The notes: generated by a model not told the origin, from the letters alone. Positions 1-18,450 are shown, numbered from the stretch's first letter. The stretch is 64,000 nt of DNA from Bradymonadia bacterium (GCA_046290225.1 JBKAGE010000079.1:32001-96000), one strand, 5' to 3'. Made by a program: numbers and translations.

Positions 1-2
1 GC

Positions 3-173
3 TTCACCCCCTTCGGCAAGGTGCGCGACGAGTCGCTCAAGGTGGTGGACGCCGTCAACGCCGAGTACCGCCAGCGCCCGAACCAGGGCCTGATTCAGAC
101 CCAGGGCAACGCCTACCTCACCAAGGCCTTTCCCAACCTCGACTACATCCGCAGCGCTGAGATCATGAAGTAA
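3..173 (+). CDS. Cyclophilin-type peptidyl-prolyl cis-trans isomerase, 3' end only (5'-truncated by window)
   Basis: Frame reads FTPFGKV...VVDAVNAEY...PNQGLIQTQGNAYL...FPNLDYI*, a typical C-terminus of one bacterial cyclophilin subgroup; TAA at 171-173. Confidence 0.8.
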   Translation, partial: FTPFGKVRDESLKVVDAVNAEYRQRPNQGLIQTQGNAYLTKAFPNLDYIRSAEIMK

Positions 174-210
174 CGACGGCGTACCAGCCGACATCCCTGA
201 GGGGGCTGAA

Positions 211-1959
211 TTGCAGACGAACGGCATCCTCGAGAACCTAGTCACGCAGTTCAGCAACGCCCTGGATTGCCTGCGTGAGCTCGTCCAGAACGCCATCGAC
301 GCTGGCACCCCTCACGTGGACGTGTGGACCGAGTATGAGTCCACCGGGGGCCACGAGGGGGTGATCTCCATCCATGTCGACGACTTTGGCGAGGGCATGG
401 ACGAGCAGATCATCGATCAGCAGTTCACCCAGCTCTTTGCCTCGGCCAAAGAGGGCGATCTCACCAAAATCGGCAAGTTCGGCATCGGCTTCGTGTCGGT
501 GTTCGCCCTGGAGCCCAGAGCGGTTCTGGTGCACACCGGCCGAGGTGGCGAATATTGGGAGGTGCTGTTCCATGCAGACCTCTCGTTCTCCAAGACGCGC
601 TTGGAGAGCCCCGTGGACGGCACCCAGATCACCCTCTTCCTCGACGGTGACGCCCATCGGTACCAGGCCCTGGTGGAGGGCGTGCGCCGAACACTCAAGC
701 ACTGGTGTCGTCACGCGGAGAGCGAGATCACCTTCGAGGATCGCTCACCGCCTTCAGATGAAGCGCCAGTGGTGGAACCCATCAGCGAGCCGTTCACGTT
801 GACGGGCGACTGCACGTGCACCGTGGAACATGCGGGCACCACCATCGTGGTGGGCTACAGTGATCAGCCAGAGTACGGGTTCTACAATCACGGGCTGACC
901 CTGGCCCACACCACCATCGCCGAGAGCCTGCTCGACGAGCGCGCTCCGCGATATGGCCACATCGCCTTCAAGATGAAGTCCCGTTATCTGGAGCACACGC
1001 TCAGCCGGGAGACCGTGCTCCGGAACGCGCAGTACGAGCAGGCCATGCAGCTGCTCGACGAGGCTGTGTGCGATGTGCTCTTGCCTCGTCTGGTGACGTC
1101 CATCGAGGCGCTGGTCGAGCAGCCACAATGGACCCACGCAGAGGTGAGCACGTACGACCGGTGGATGGGGATCTTGCTGCGAGAGCCTCTGAAGCTGGTC
1201 ATGCAGCTGTCAGAGCGGCTGCTGTTCCGTCAGGTGGATGGTACGCCCATCTCGATGAAGACCCTCTTCGAGGTGAGGCGCCGAACAGGTCGAGTGCTCG
1301 TCGCCGAGAGTGCCGATCACCTCACTGAGGCCCTCGGTCAGGCGGGGATACCCGTGGTGTATGGTCGAGTGTTCGATGCCCCTGAAGGCATCACGCCGGC
1401 CACTCAGCCCGTCGCTGTGTTCATCCGGATGGCCAGCGCCGAGCTGCGCAGCAGCGTGACCAGTCGCCTGCACGACATCGCCAGCCGAATGGGCCTCGTG
1501 GAGCCGCGAGGGTACATCCTCGAGGTGTGGGAAAGCCTTGCGGCGCCCGAAGAGGTCTACAGATATGTGGATCTGGACGACACGGCCGATGACGTCAGCA
1601 TCGCGCTCATCGAACATGCGCATCGGCTGTTGAAGGAGATCGAGGCGCCGTACCAGCACCTGGCCGCGGGCCGGTTGACCAGCGTCGAAGAGGAGCCCCC
1701 GCTCTTCGTGGTGGCGCGGCGGCTGTCGCCGCTCATGGCGCGGCCACCGGCGACGCTCAGCGCTGAGCAGCGAAGCCGCATGCAGGTGGCCATTCACGGC
1801 GGGCACCCCCACTTTCAGAGGCTGCGGCGCCTGTATCAGACCGCGCCGGCCCTCGCCGCCTACTGCCTCGCCAAGAGCCTGCTCCTCTCGGAAGATCACA
1901 TGCTCTCCGCCGATCTCGCCCTCATTGGCGCAGCCCGGCCCGATTTGACCCCCCAATAG
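211..1959 (+). CDS. Divergent Hsp90/HtpG-like GHKL ATPase
   Basis: Intact GHKL boxes: LRELVQNAIDA (N), DFGEGM (G1), GKFGIGF (G2), GTQI (G3); HtpG-like HTLSRE and C-terminal IHGGHP motifs; TTG start. Confidence 0.8.
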   Translation: MQTNGILENLVTQFSNALDCLRELVQNAIDAGTPHVDVWTEYESTGGHEGVISIHVDDFGEGMDEQIIDQQFTQLFASAKEGDLTKIGKFGIGFVSVFALEPRAVLVHTGRGGEYWEVLFHADLSFSKTRLESPVDGTQITLFLDGDAHRYQALVEGVRRTLKHWCRHAESEITFEDRSPPSDEAPVVEPISEPFTLTGDCTCTVEHAGTTIVVGYSDQPEYGFYNHGLTLAHTTIAESLLDERAPRYGHIAFKMKSRYLEHTLSRETVLRNAQYEQAMQLLDEAVCDVLLPRLVTSIEALVEQPQWTHAEVSTYDRWMGILLREPLKLVMQLSERLLFRQVDGTPISMKTLFEVRRRTGRVLVAESADHLTEALGQAGIPVVYGRVFDAPEGITPATQPVAVFIRMASAELRSSVTSRLHDIASRMGLVEPRGYILEVWESLAAPEEVYRYVDLDDTADDVSIALIEHAHRLLKEIEAPYQHLAAGRLTSVEEEPPLFVVARRLSPLMARPPATLSAEQRSRMQVAIHGGHPHFQRLRRLYQTAPALAAYCLAKSLLLSEDHMLSADLALIGAARPDLTPQ

Positions 1960-1967
1960 GCCCAGCC

Positions 1968-4900
1968 ATGTCGTCCATTGATCAGGTCATCGCCCGCAGC
2001 CGTCAGGCGGGTGCATTCGTCGAGCGCAAGACGTTCACCGTGGCCCGGGCTCAGGCCATCCGGAAGATGCGCCAGTTCACCCTGGCCGATCCGCATCACT
2101 TCGTGCTCGAGCTGATTCAGGCGGCTCTGGCCAATGGGGCTACGTCGCTCAATGTGGCGTCGAGCAAGCAGTTTTTCGCGCTGTCGTACGTAGGAGGCAG
2201 CTTTCACGAGGCCGAGCTGAGTCAGCTGTTCGACTTCTTGTTCACGGCAAAGTCGGACTTGGAGAACGCTGATCTGCGGCTGTTGGCTCTGGGCATCAAC
2301 GCGTTGATGTTGATGGCCCCCGAGCAGATCGTGATCGAGTCAGGCAACGGCACCACACAGGGCACGACACGGGTGGTGATCCACGGCGCCGATACTTTGG
2401 AGGTTGGTCGCCCGGAGAAGGCTCTGAGCGGGACCTATGTGAGCGCCATGGGCCTGCAGCGCAGCCTCGTCGAGGGCAAGAGCAACTTGATGCCGTCCGA
2501 CTACGGCGAGCGAGAGTGCACAGCCATCGAAGAGCGTTGCCTCGCTCTGCCGGTGCCCATCGTGGTGAACCGCGAGCTGGTTTTTGGGTACAGGAGCATT
2601 CGCACACCGCGCATCGGTGGCTATCGCCGTACGATCAGCTTCGACGAGGGCGATCTGTACGGCACCATCGGTCTGCTGGTGGGCCCGGGCGAGCAGGAGG
2701 CGCACTTCAAGCTCCTCACCTGGGGGGTCTGGGCTCAGACTGTGGAGCGCGACGTTCTGCCGGGTCACCGGATCGGCGGGGTGGTGGGGTTCGATCGTCT
2801 GAACAAGACCGCTGATCATGCCGCCATCGTCCGAGATGCACGTTTCGAGGAGATGTGGGCACGCCTGAAGCCCTATGCACAACAATTGCTCACCGAAGAT
2901 GTGTCGAGCACTGCCTACAGCTTCACCACGGTGATGGGCGAGCCCCTGGCAGTGAGAGATCTCCGGCAGCTGCTGCGAGAGCATCCGCGGGTGGTGGTGG
3001 CCCCGGAGAGCGGGCGGCTCGGAGAGGTGCACCGAGAGCGGGCGTTTCAGATCGGCCGTCACATGGACGCCCTGGTCATGTGTTCGAACGATGAAGACAT
3101 CGACGCCCTGAGATCGCTGGCGGGCAAGCCCGTCCAGATCATCCGCCCCGATCTGCGGACGAAGGACGACGTGGCGTTCTACGCGCAAGAGCAGCTCACG
3201 CCGCCGACGCGGCCCTGGCTCACCGATGCGGTACCGCTCGAGGGCGAGGTCCTCACCGAGGCCGTGAAGCCTCTACTGGAGCAGCTGTCGGATGAGGTGG
3301 ACGATCTCCAGATCTCGCACGGCACGTTGTATACGCCGGAGCACCCCATGGCTTCTGTGGGTGAGGCGCTGGTGCGGGTGGTCCTCCACGAGCGGTTGAT
3401 CTGGCAGGGGAGAGTGCCCTGCGCGTTCCCCAACCACGTGCTCGACGTGCACATCGACGGGGTGGCGCCGAGGGCGGCGTCGAGTCGCCTGCCAGGGTTG
3501 CCCGAGCAGTTCGAGCACCTGGCCCATGGTCTGGCGAGATACATCACAACCCACTGCCTCGATGAGATTCACCGTGCCACCACGCGGGTCATCGGGACCC
3601 TTTCTCACCGAGCGGTGACACCAGAAACCGGGCTGGCGCTGATGATCTTGAGCCACATCGCCCGAGAAGGGGTGGTCAGCCTCGAGGCCGAGTCGCCTGG
3701 CGGGCCACCTGTGCCCACGCTGAGCCTGTTCAGTGCGCCGCAGACCGATGTGCTCGCGTTGCCGCTGCTCGCGCGCCTCGACGGCGAGGCGATTTCGCTG
3801 CGGGCGCTGATGCGCTCCATGTCCGATCACGGCGGGCTGGTCTACGGGGTGGTCCCTGAAGTGCCTGCCGATCTCACTGGCCTCGACGTGTCGGACGTGC
3901 TGTCGCTGTCTCTGGCCTCGGAGCGGCTGCTCGTGGCGCTGTTGGGGCCATCGGCCTATGTTCGCCTCGACCAGCGCGAGGTGCTGGCCACGGCGGAGCA
4001 GGCTGTGTTGCGCGATGTCGCCATAGGGCTGAGATCATACCCTCCTGGTGATTTTCTGCTGGAGACCCCTCAGGCCGTCGACGACTCCACCCAACGACTT
4101 GGTGGCGTGGAGCACACCCTCATCCAGGGGCTCTTGTCTCTGTGCCGGGGCCAGTCAGCCTTGAGCCACGAAGAGGAGAACCGGCGTCAGGCGCTGCGGC
4201 ATCTGCAGTGGTTCGCCATTCAGCGAGGCTTAGGCCTCTCAAAGGGGCCCTTGTGGAACGTCGAGCGGTTGCCCTTGTTCGTCGCCCGTGACGGCACGCC
4301 GTGTTGCCTGTTGCACATCAAGGCCCTCATCGAGCGGACCGGCGCCGTGGTGATGTACGCAGGCCGTGGTTTGGAGGCGGCGAGCCTTGCTGAGCGTCTA
4401 CCGCTGACGTTGATGTTGTCCGAGGATGTGGAGCGCCCCATCGACGGGCTGGCCCTGAACCCTTTCGTGTGTGTAGCTCTGGCAATGCACGTGCCGGTGC
4501 GCAGCGCATTTGAGCACGTGCTGGCGTCGCCGCAGGAGGCTTCGTCGAACCACTTGGTGACCATGGATGTGGAATTGCCAGGCTTCGAGGGGGCGCTGGG
4601 CGTACCCGAGGTGCTGCCGGAGTCACCCGCCATCGCGATTTTGTCTGCCGATCATCAGCAGACAACTCGACTTCATCGGGTCGCCGAGCGATTTGGCGTC
4701 GTCGGTGTATTGCGTCAGACGGCACCGCAAGCCTCGCCGGACGAGCATGCCCTGGCTGCCTGTGCCGAATCCACGTTGCGGGCTTTGCTGGCGCGTCTCG
4801 ATGCCTTTCGCGCAGAAGATGTCGAGCGCTGGCACATGTCGCTGTCGCACTTGCTGAGCTTTGCCGAGCGACACATGCAGCTGATCGTTCAGCCTGACAC

Positions 4901-5595
4901 CGAATGGGTGATGCTTGATGTCTATCATGCCGTGGCCCAGTTGGTGCTGTCGCTGCCGCTGGTCGAGATGCGTGTCGGCGCGCCCGTGAGCGCCCGTGAT
5001 TTCATCACGAGGCACATGGCCGCAGTGCGCTCGGGCGGTGAGGGGCGTCTCGACGCCCTCGACCCGAAGCTCTCACCGGTGCTGAAGCGCTGGATCGCAC
5101 GGCAGGTCGACCCCGGGCGGGTGGTGCATCTGGCGAGCGCGAGCCGACAGGCGCCGGAGGTCGCGCATGTAGAGGCTTTCGGCGTCGATCAGGATGCTGT
5201 GGAAACGCTGGCCCACTGGTTGGAGAGGTTGCGCCCCGACGAGGTGCCCCTCTTCGGTATCCAGGTGGTCTCCCCGACCCACATCTACATGTCGTGGTCT
5301 CGCACGATCCTGGAGCAGGGCTTCGGCTGGTCGGGTCCCATGGACGCGCCCTTCGCCTATGTGGTGGAGCCTGACGAAACCGGGGAGCGGCACATCTTGT
5401 ACCTGAACCGGAGCCACTGGCTGGTGGGGTGGGCCCTGTCGTGCCTGAGCGTCGACGAGGAGGCTCTGGCGTGGCTGCTGTTGTCGAGCTACGCCTTCAT
5501 CAACGAGACGCTGTACGGGGTGACGAACACCCACGAGATGGTCTTTCAGGGGCGCCTGATCGAGGCGATGAGTGGGGGAGCGCTGCTGGCCAACT

Positions 5596-5612
<17 letters not shown>
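1968..5612 (+). CDS. Large paralog of the upstream gene with a degenerate GHKL-like N-terminal domain
   Basis: Starts 8 nt after upstream stop; FVLELIQAALANGA lacks the N-box Asn; repeated LPL-x4-G-x2-(I/V)S modules; C-terminal LYLNRSHWLV resembles HtpG LEINPxHP. Confidence 0.7.
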
Positions 5613-8925
<3,313 letters not shown>

Positions 8926-8929
8926 CACT

Positions 8930-12757
<3,828 letters not shown>

Positions 12758-12887
12758 GGTCCTTCAACTCCCTCTCTGTGGCGAGGCGTGTCACCTCGCC
12801 GATATGTACGGTCTATGCTGTTGGCCTGTGCGATGGCGCAGTCTGATTCGGGCAGTGTAGCAGCGGCCTCGGATCTGGTGCACGGCG

Positions 12888-14897
12888 TTACTCTTCGTCT
12901 TCAGGGAGCCACTCTCCCTGCTCCCAGCGCATCCAGGCCTCGCCTTCGGGGTTCTCGTCTTCCCCGAAGAGCAGCTCGTTGTTCACGCCTGCGTCGTCGA
13001 AGTGCTTGATCGAGCAGACGTCGCTGCCCTGACCGTAGGCCTCTCGAGTCTGCATCTCACGCTCTCTCTCGAGCTGTCGCTCACGACGCAGCTGGTCATC
13101 GTCAAACCCTCGTACGGCGCCGTCGTCTCCTGGCTTGAAGGCATCTCGAGCCTCTTGCAGTGCCATCTCCGTGAGCATCGCGATGGGGTGGTGGGCGTAG
13201 ATGAGGCCTTCTTTGTTGAGCTTGGTATGCACCGTGACCCCGGTATCCCACCATAGGTAGTTCTTGTACTGCTCTCGCCAGATGCGGGCGTTGCGGCGGG
13301 TTTGCCACTCGTACTCCGTGCCGCCGCCGAACATGCCGGCGAAGTCGGTCTTGTCGTACCACTCGGTCACGTGCTGGATGATCAGGTATCGCAGCTCTTT
13401 TGCGCGGGCGCCTTCTGCGTACGCCTGCTGGATCTCGGTGGGCGAGAGCGGGTAGCCCCCCTCGGCGAGCCCGCGGAGCTCTTCACCCTTGCGACCGAGG
13501 CGCCGCCAGACCGCACGGGCGTTGCACAAGATGTCTTCGTAGGGGTCGTCCTCGACGATCTCGAAGGCGGGATCGTTTTTCGCCACAAAAGGCCGGTTGC
13601 CGATGATGGCCATGTCGACGAGGGGCATCATCTCCCCGTCGGCCACCCCGGAGAAGACATCGGCGTGGCCCACAAGCTCGCCGGCTTCGATGGGCACCTC
13701 GATGAGAGCCACCCGACCTGTCTCCAGGGCATAGAGCCCCGGGGCGCTCTTGGCCCGGCCGTCATCATGGTACTCCGCCAGCTTGCTGCGCCCTCGCGGC
13801 TGCTCGATGAGCTTCCTGATCCAGGGGATGGGGCTCTTGGTGGTGAGGGGCTGCTGCTTGAGGTGCATCAGCAGGGTGAAGAACTCCACCGCCCGGCGGC
13901 CGAAGTTGATCTTGTGCTTGATGAGCACGAAGTTGGGGCTGCCGAGACGATCGCGCTCCATGTTCCGGGCCACGAGCAGCGTGCCTGCCGCGGGCGCCAC
14001 CACTGGCGTACCCGGGTAGCCCTCTTCGGCGGCCCGGGCAGGCATGTGCACCCCGGTGTGCCAGGCCTGATTCACCCCGACGGGGAAGAACCCCGACTCC
14101 CCTTGTTCGATCTGCTGAAAGTAGCTCTCGGCCAGGGCCTGCACCCGATCAGCGCTCATCTTGGGGATCTCGCTGAGGTTCTGGGTGTCGGGCAGGGTGA
14201 CGGGGTAGTAGAGCTGGCGCCCGCGAATGCCGGTCACCACCCGCTCCCAGTCGAAGCCGGGGCCTGGATCCCACTTGTTCGCCGAGACGTGATAGTGGGC
14301 CACGATGCCGGCGAACGAGCCAAAGCTCTGCAGCTTGCGATCGACCACCTTGCCGTCGGGCCCGATGGGGATCTTGCCCTCGACGTTGGGGAAGAACTTC
14401 ACGAGGGCCTGCAAGACGGCGATGAGCGACTCGTACTGGGCGTCGGTGTACCCAAGACTCACCAGGCGGCCGCCGTTGATGCGTCCGCTGAAGACCTCTC
14501 GATCCATGTGCCGTGGGGTCTGGCGCTCCGGACGACAGGGGTTGTTGAGATCGATGCCGATGCTGTTGTCGTTCACCCCTGCGGCGTGAAACGCCACATA
14601 GGCGAGGTTGAGCGGCTGATAGATCGTGCCGTCCACGTCGATCAGGATGTGGGTGGACAGGTTGCGGCTGACGAGGACCCGGTAACAGAGATCGCTGGTG
14701 TTGGTGCCGTCGTGGTGCAGCACCACCTTGTTCACCGCGGTCTTGCGGACGTCGGGGCTGAACTTGTTGTACCCGTAGCGTCGCTGGCCGTCGGTGTTCT
14801 GCTTGTGGTGGAAGCTGTGTCGCGGATCTTCCCGGTAGGAGATGACCTCCTTGGCACAGGGGATGGCTTCCTGATTGAAATAGAGTGATCGTCCCAC
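12888..14897 (-). CDS. N-acetylmuramoyl-L-alanine amidase (Amidase_2) fused to an M23-like domain
   Basis: VVLHH...STHILID...FHAAGVNDNSIGIDL...AHYHVSANKWDPGPGFDW; downstream FFPVG..WHTGVH..PVVAPAAG..FVLIKH..LLMHL. Confidence 0.8.
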   Translation of the reverse strand: MGRSLYFNQEAIPCAKEVISYREDPRHSFHHKQNTDGQRRYGYNKFSPDVRKTAVNKVVLHHDGTNTSDLCYRVLVSRNLSTHILIDVDGTIYQPLNLAYVAFHAAGVNDNSIGIDLNNPCRPERQTPRHMDREVFSGRINGGRLVSLGYTDAQYESLIAVLQALVKFFPNVEGKIPIGPDGKVVDRKLQSFGSFAGIVAHYHVSANKWDPGPGFDWERVVTGIRGRQLYYPVTLPDTQNLSEIPKMSADRVQALAESYFQQIEQGESGFFPVGVNQAWHTGVHMPARAAEEGYPGTPVVAPAAGTLLVARNMERDRLGSPNFVLIKHKINFGRRAVEFFTLLMHLKQQPLTTKSPIPWIRKLIEQPRGRSKLAEYHDDGRAKSAPGLYALETGRVALIEVPIEAGELVGHADVFSGVADGEMMPLVDMAIIGNRPFVAKNDPAFEIVEDDPYEDILCNARAVWRRLGRKGEELRGLAEGGYPLSPTEIQQAYAEGARAKELRYLIIQHVTEWYDKTDFAGMFGGGTEYEWQTRRNARIWREQYKNYLWWDTGVTVHTKLNKEGLIYAHHPIAMLTEMALQEARDAFKPGDDGAVRGFDDDQLRRERQLEREREMQTREAYGQGSDVCSIKHFDDAGVNNELLFGEDENPEGEAWMRWEQGEWLPEDEE

Positions 14898-14987
14898 AGA
14901 GCGTCCCGAAGCCTTAATGCGTTACACAGAGAGAACTGATGCGGCAGGCGAGCGAGTCTGGTGCAACAGGTTCTGCCTCATCACCCT

Positions 14988-16643
14988 CTAATCCCAGAGG
15001 GGCTGCTGAGCCTTCACCGCCGCAGCGGCCTGGGCCTCGATGCCAAAAACCAGTTCATTGTCGCCCACACGGATGACGTCGCCTTCCTGGAGAGCGGTCT
15101 GAGTGATGCGCTCGCCGTTCACGAAGGTGCCCGAGTCGGTGTTGTAGTCGGTGAGCACGAACTGCGCGTCGCCGCGATCACGGATGCCGCAATGTCGTGG
15201 CGCCACCCCGCGCTCGTTGATGCGGACCGGACAGCCTGCCTCGGCGCCGATGTCCACCACGTCTGCGGCAAACCGCAACACTTGACCTTCCCAGAGACCC
15301 GAGCGCCCCACGAGCCGAAAGCGCATGGGCACCTCTTTGGCGCGATCTTGAGCGCAGAACAAACACTCTTTCCAGTCGGGCATCATGGTGCGGCCACAGA
15401 CCGAGCAGGGCTTCTTCGAGGCTTCGAAGGCCTGGGCTGCCTGAGCCTGGTCGTTCGCCGCGGCTGCAGCGGCCCTTCGGCGGCGGATGATCTTCACCAG
15501 GGCGATGATGAAGACGATGAGCCCGAGGACGAACCAGATGATGGCTCGGCCCCACCAGGGCATCGTCTCCCAGAGGTCATTGAGCCAGTCGAGTGATCGT
15601 GCGAACCAGCCGAGGCGGTTTTCCACGATGGCAGAGTATTCGAGGGAGAGCTCTCGCCGACCGCCGGACATGCGGGCTTCGGCGACGAAGGAAACGACGT
15701 CGCCGGGCAACGGGGGCGGCGCCTGCTCGACGAGGATCTCCGCCTCAAGCACATAGCGCATGTCGAGCTCTTCGGCGGCGTGCTCGATGGCCTCTTTGAG
15801 CGAGCCCTCGTCATCGGTTGCGGCACGATGGGTGCCTCCTGACTTCCGGGCGAGTACTCTCAGCGCCCAGGGCTCACCTTCGCCTTCGTCGGGGAGGGTG
15901 ATGGTCATGATGCGCACGCCACGGCGGCGGGCCATGAACACCATGGCCCGAAGCACCTCGTCGACGCGGCTGCGGGGGAGGCCCTCGTCGATCACCCCGT
16001 CGGTGACCACATAGAGCACCCGGTCGAGGGGGAACTCGCCGTCGCGCTCCTTGATGATCTCGGGCACCACGCCATCTTCTGGCGACTGCTCCACCCCAGG
16101 GGCCAGGGGGAACCGCTCGAGCATCTTCTCGATGCAGGCGAACTGCCGGCTCGCTGCCTCACCGCCGTAATCGGCGTCGAGGAGCCCGGCGAGGTTGCTC
16201 GGCAGCTGATCGACGGCGTCGGACCAGCGCTCCTTGGGCAGCCGCTCGATGGCTTTGCCATAGACACACACAGCAGCCCGCGAGTCACCGGGTTGATCGG
16301 TGAACACCCGACCGAGGGCCTTGGAGATCGACTTCCAGCGCTCGGGGTAGCGCCCGTCGGCCACTACGGCGATGGCCCGCGGGGCGTCGGCCTCTTTGGC
16401 GAGCATGAACTCAACGTCGTCGGTGACCTGAAAGCCATCGCGCATGATGCGGAACTTCAGGCTCTCCTCTGGTGGGATCGACCGCCAGTCCTGGTCGCGG
16501 AGCATGGTGACCCAGAGCCGGGCGCCGGGCAGAGCCGTGGGCTCGTAGCGATCGATCTTGATGCGGGCAGAGGCCCCGAGGGGGGACAGCGCCATCACCG
16601 CAAAGAGAGTGATGGCGGCGTATCTGAGCCAGGCGCCGATCAA
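14988..16643 (-). CDS. Membrane protein: extracytoplasmic VWA-like domain, TM helix, zinc ribbon, C-terminal FHA domain
   Basis: Signal-like N-terminus from a TTG overlapping the upstream TGA; VVTDG; TM WWGRAIIWFVLGLIVFIIAL; CSVC..CLFC; FHA-like RHC..DYNTDSGTFVNG..LQEGDVIRVG. Confidence 0.75.
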   Translation of the reverse strand: MIGAWLRYAAITLFAVMALSPLGASARIKIDRYEPTALPGARLWVTMLRDQDWRSIPPEESLKFRIMRDGFQVTDDVEFMLAKEADAPRAIAVVADGRYPERWKSISKALGRVFTDQPGDSRAAVCVYGKAIERLPKERWSDAVDQLPSNLAGLLDADYGGEAASRQFACIEKMLERFPLAPGVEQSPEDGVVPEIIKERDGEFPLDRVLYVVTDGVIDEGLPRSRVDEVLRAMVFMARRRGVRIMTITLPDEGEGEPWALRVLARKSGGTHRAATDDEGSLKEAIEHAAEELDMRYVLEAEILVEQAPPPLPGDVVSFVAEARMSGGRRELSLEYSAIVENRLGWFARSLDWLNDLWETMPWWGRAIIWFVLGLIVFIIALVKIIRRRRAAAAAANDQAQAAQAFEASKKPCSVCGRTMMPDWKECLFCAQDRAKEVPMRFRLVGRSGLWEGQVLRFAADVVDIGAEAGCPVRINERGVAPRHCGIRDRGDAQFVLTDYNTDSGTFVNGERITQTALQEGDVIRVGDNELVFGIEAQAAAAVKAQQPLWD

Positions 16644-17035
16644 CAGCCGAACACCAGGGGGGCTGTGAGCACCTGCACGACGACGGGCTCGCCCGTGGCC
16701 CCATCGAGGGTCTCGGGGGTGCAGGTGATTGGGGTCCACTCCTGGTCCCGCTCGAAGTGAGGCACACGGAGCGTGGCGTGGCCCTCAGGGCCGGTGGCGT
16801 CCACGCACTGCTCGGCTACACCTGCCACCACCACCCGGTAACGCTTGGCCCCAGGGCATCGCAGCTGTACCCGGCCACCCGCTCTCACCCTGGACACATC
16901 GGATGTGGCCTCAGGGAGTCGGTCGAGAGGCTGCGAGGCAGCCCCACGGACCACGGCGACGCCTACGAGGCCTGCGGTGGTGGCGCCGAGGACTGCGCGT
17001 CGAGAAGGAGGTCGGGAGGCGTGGTCGTCGCTCAT
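16640..17035 (-). CDS. Hypothetical Tat-signal protein
   Basis: SRRAVLG twin-arginine motif plus hydrophobic stretch; start and stop overlap neighbours (ATGA, TTGA). Confidence 0.65.
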   Translation of the reverse strand: MSDDHASRPPSRRAVLGATTAGLVGVAVVRGAASQPLDRLPEATSDVSRVRAGGRVQLRCPGAKRYRVVVAGVAEQCVDATGPEGHATLRVPHFERDQEWTPITCTPETLDGATGEPVVVQVLTAPLVFGC

Positions 17036-17472
17036 GCTTGGGCTTTGATGAAGGGTTTCACGACGATCAGGATCACAATCCCGGCGAGCAAGAGCAAGGT
17101 GATGATGTGAAGCGCCAGGAAACGCCTGGGGCGATCCGGGCCTTTGAGGCCTCGCATGGCGAGGTGATCAATGACGAACAGGCCGCCGACGAGGCCGAGC
17201 TTGGCGTGCATGAAGGGCTGTCGCAGCAGTGCCTGCTGCTGATGCAGCATCCAGATGCCTGTGAGGAATACGAAGAACGCGCCCGGCGCCGCGAGCCTGA
17301 GGTAGAGCCTTCGGCCAAGTGTCTTGACCTGATCGCCAGGACTCAGCGCCAGCATACGGGTCAAGGCGACAAGGCCGCCTGCCCAGAGGAGAAGCGAGAA
17401 GATGTGAACTGCACGGACCCACTGCATGGCCTCGGTGTAGATCGGGACGCCGTCGACAGCAAGCCCACCCAT
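17032..17472 (-). CDS. hemJ: HemJ/CopD-family membrane protein (putative protoporphyrinogen oxidase)
   Basis: WVRAVHI..W..GL, HAKL and terminal VVKPF motifs; 4 hydrophobic segments. Start may be the later Met (MQW). Confidence 0.65.
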   Translation of the reverse strand: MGGLAVDGVPIYTEAMQWVRAVHIFSLLLWAGGLVALTRMLALSPGDQVKTLGRRLYLRLAAPGAFFVFLTGIWMLHQQQALLRQPFMHAKLGLVGGLFVIDHLAMRGLKGPDRPRRFLALHIITLLLLAGIVILIVVKPFIKAQA

Positions 17473-17563
17473 GATCTCACCCCTGAAAAGTACATGTCAT
17501 CGGTTGACTACCTATTGGTAGGTAGTTACGTTGATTGCATCAAGACACACTGGAGGATCCATC

Positions 17564-18244
17564 ATGAGCACCGCGACAGGCTTTGCATTGCGAGCAGACT
17601 TTGATGTCCGGGAGGTCGTGCATCTCGACGACGAGCCCTGGGTGCCCTCTCCGGCCCCAGGTGTGGATCGACGCATGCTCGATCGGGTCGGTGAAGAGGT
17701 GGCCCGGGCGACCACCGTGGTCCGGTACGCCCCTGGGAGCAGGTTTGACAGCCACACCCACAGCCTGGGCGAAGAGTTCTTTGTGCTCGAAGGGGTGTTC
17801 TCCGACGAGCACGGCCACTACCCCGCGGGGACCTACGTACGGAATCCGCCGGGATCGAGTCACGCCCCTTATACAGAGCACGGCTGTACGATTTGGGTGA
17901 AGCTGCGGCAGTTCGATCTGCGCGACACCGAGCGGGTGGTCATCAACACACGCGACGCCGACTTCGTGCCGGGCCAGGTGCCCGGCCTCACGGTGTTGCC
18001 CCTGCACAGTTTCGAGGGTGAGCACGTGGCCCTGGTGCGGTGGGCGCCAGGGTGTCGCTTCGTGCCCCACACGCACTGGGGCGGCGAAGAGATTCTGGTG
18101 CTCGAGGGGGTGTTCTCCGACGAGCATGGCCACTACCCCACGGGGACATGGCTCCGGAGTCCTCATCTGAGCCGACACGCACCATATTCCGAGGCGGGCT
18201 GCCTCATCTACGTGAAGGTGGGGCACCTGAGCCCTGGGTCATGA
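17564..18244 (+). CDS. ChrR-like double cupin protein
   Basis: Two repeats of HTH..GEE..VLEGVFSDEHGHYP.GT..R.P..S.HAPY..GC.I.VK; GGAGG RBS upstream. Confidence 0.9.
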   Translation: MSTATGFALRADFDVREVVHLDDEPWVPSPAPGVDRRMLDRVGEEVARATTVVRYAPGSRFDSHTHSLGEEFFVLEGVFSDEHGHYPAGTYVRNPPGSSHAPYTEHGCTIWVKLRQFDLRDTERVVINTRDADFVPGQVPGLTVLPLHSFEGEHVALVRWAPGCRFVPHTHWGGEEILVLEGVFSDEHGHYPTGTWLRSPHLSRHAPYSEAGCLIYVKVGHLSPGS

Positions 18245-18450
18245 CGAGGTCGTCCGTGACCCAGCCTCGCTAGAGGCATTCAGAGCAGTAGAGCCTCTTC
18301 AAGGCCTACTTCTGCCCATGCCCGCTCCATCCTCAAGACCATCCCCCCTGAGTCCGAGCGAGACGATGACATCTGTCCGGATCCTGATGTGTTGGGGTCT
18401 CGGCGGCACTGTGATCAAACCGGTGGAGAGGCCGGTCTGGGAGGGGATCC

